The notes below the pieces were generated by a model. It worked only from the letters and a program-made list of their open reading frames with translations, was not told where the DNA came from and made no database searches. From assembly GCA_035285385.1 (NCBI GenBank), contig JAYKJM010000002.1, forward strand, positions 1-49,059: a DNA stretch of 49,059 nt. The letters run 5' to 3'. Positions 48,874 to 49,059 of the stretch are shown here, in pieces; position 1 is the first letter of the stretch; every line of letters begins with the position of its first letter. This DNA is from Vampirovibrionales bacterium (GTDB taxonomy: Bacteria > Cyanobacteriota > Vampirovibrionia > Vampirovibrionales > JAJTHC01). A program made the position numbers and the translations under genes.

Positions 48874-49059
48874 GCAAGGACGCTGGTTTTAGGAGATGGA
48901 TTGGCCGCCGGTTTTTGCCAAGGCAGTGGCTTGATGTAATAGCGAAGTTTCACTTGGCCTTTTACCGGCCCCAGGGTGTTGTGTTCGGTGAGATCAAAGG
49001 TGGGGATTTGTCTCAAGGTCTGCACCTGATTGGGGGTAAGCCAGCCCATACTGGCAAGT
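48870..49059 (-). CDS. C-terminal 63 codons of an unidentified protein; the 5' part lies beyond the right window edge
   Basis: Own translation of the minus strand: ..LASMGWLTPNQVQTLRQIPTFDLTEHNTLGPVKGQVKLRYYIKPLPWQKPAANPSPKTSVLA-stop. The open frame reaches the window end. The stop overlaps the mtaB stop by 3 nt. Confidence 0.4.
   Translation of the reverse strand, partial: LASMGWLTPNQVQTLRQIPTFDLTEHNTLGPVKGQVKLRYYIKPLPWQKPAANPSPKTSVLA

Overview
This is a gene-dense, mostly housekeeping chromosomal window with about 45 CDS on both strands. By eye, GC is roughly 50-55%, with a few clearly AT-rich gaps.

Confident calls:
- Nucleotide metabolism and chaperones: guaB (partial), groES-groEL.
- Division and motility: ftsZ, minC, an HDOD-domain gene followed by cheD, an isolated flhB.
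- Histidine pathway: hisG, hisB, and a hisC gene fused to a HAD phosphatase domain.
- Replication and repair: holB, ligA, mutL.
- Translation and tRNA: gatB, leuS, mtaB, a YhhQ-type queuosine-precursor transporter.
- Cell wall and amino sugars: nanE, murQ, an Amidase_3 cell-wall amidase.
- Other: a LamB/YcsF (PxpA-like) gene, a RapZ C-terminal-domain-only gene, a eukaryote-type class Ia RNR small subunit, lipB, an orphan PhoR-like histidine kinase, a sucrose-transporter-like (GPH/SLC45) permease, hemN.

About ten lineage-specific hypothetical proteins are interspersed.

GroEL looks strongly cyanobacterial, yet flagellar and chemotaxis genes are present and no photosynthesis genes are. I infer a non-photosynthetic sister lineage of Cyanobacteria (Vampirovibrionia/Melainabacteria-like). 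This is inference only.

I could not recognise any rRNA, tRNA, CRISPR array, transposase, integrase or phage gene.

I did not find a convincing self-contained multi-gene novel system. The observations most worth follow-up are:
- a stand-alone RapZ C-terminal domain coupled to a PxpA-like gene;
- the HisC-HAD fusion next to a monofunctional hisB;
- eukaryote-like R2 and IMPDH;
- a MerR-HTH plus coiled-coil protein behind a long AT-rich gap containing a perfect palindrome;
- an orphan kinase coupled to an AT-rich SLBB-like exported protein;
- a DUF309 plus internal-repeat small-protein pair;
- a weak RelE/ParE-like pair preceded by a tandem 13-mer;
- several structured non-coding elements.

CDS coordinates follow the supplied ORF track. 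Starts were re-picked by codon counting. Hand-indexed small motifs may be off by 1 nt.
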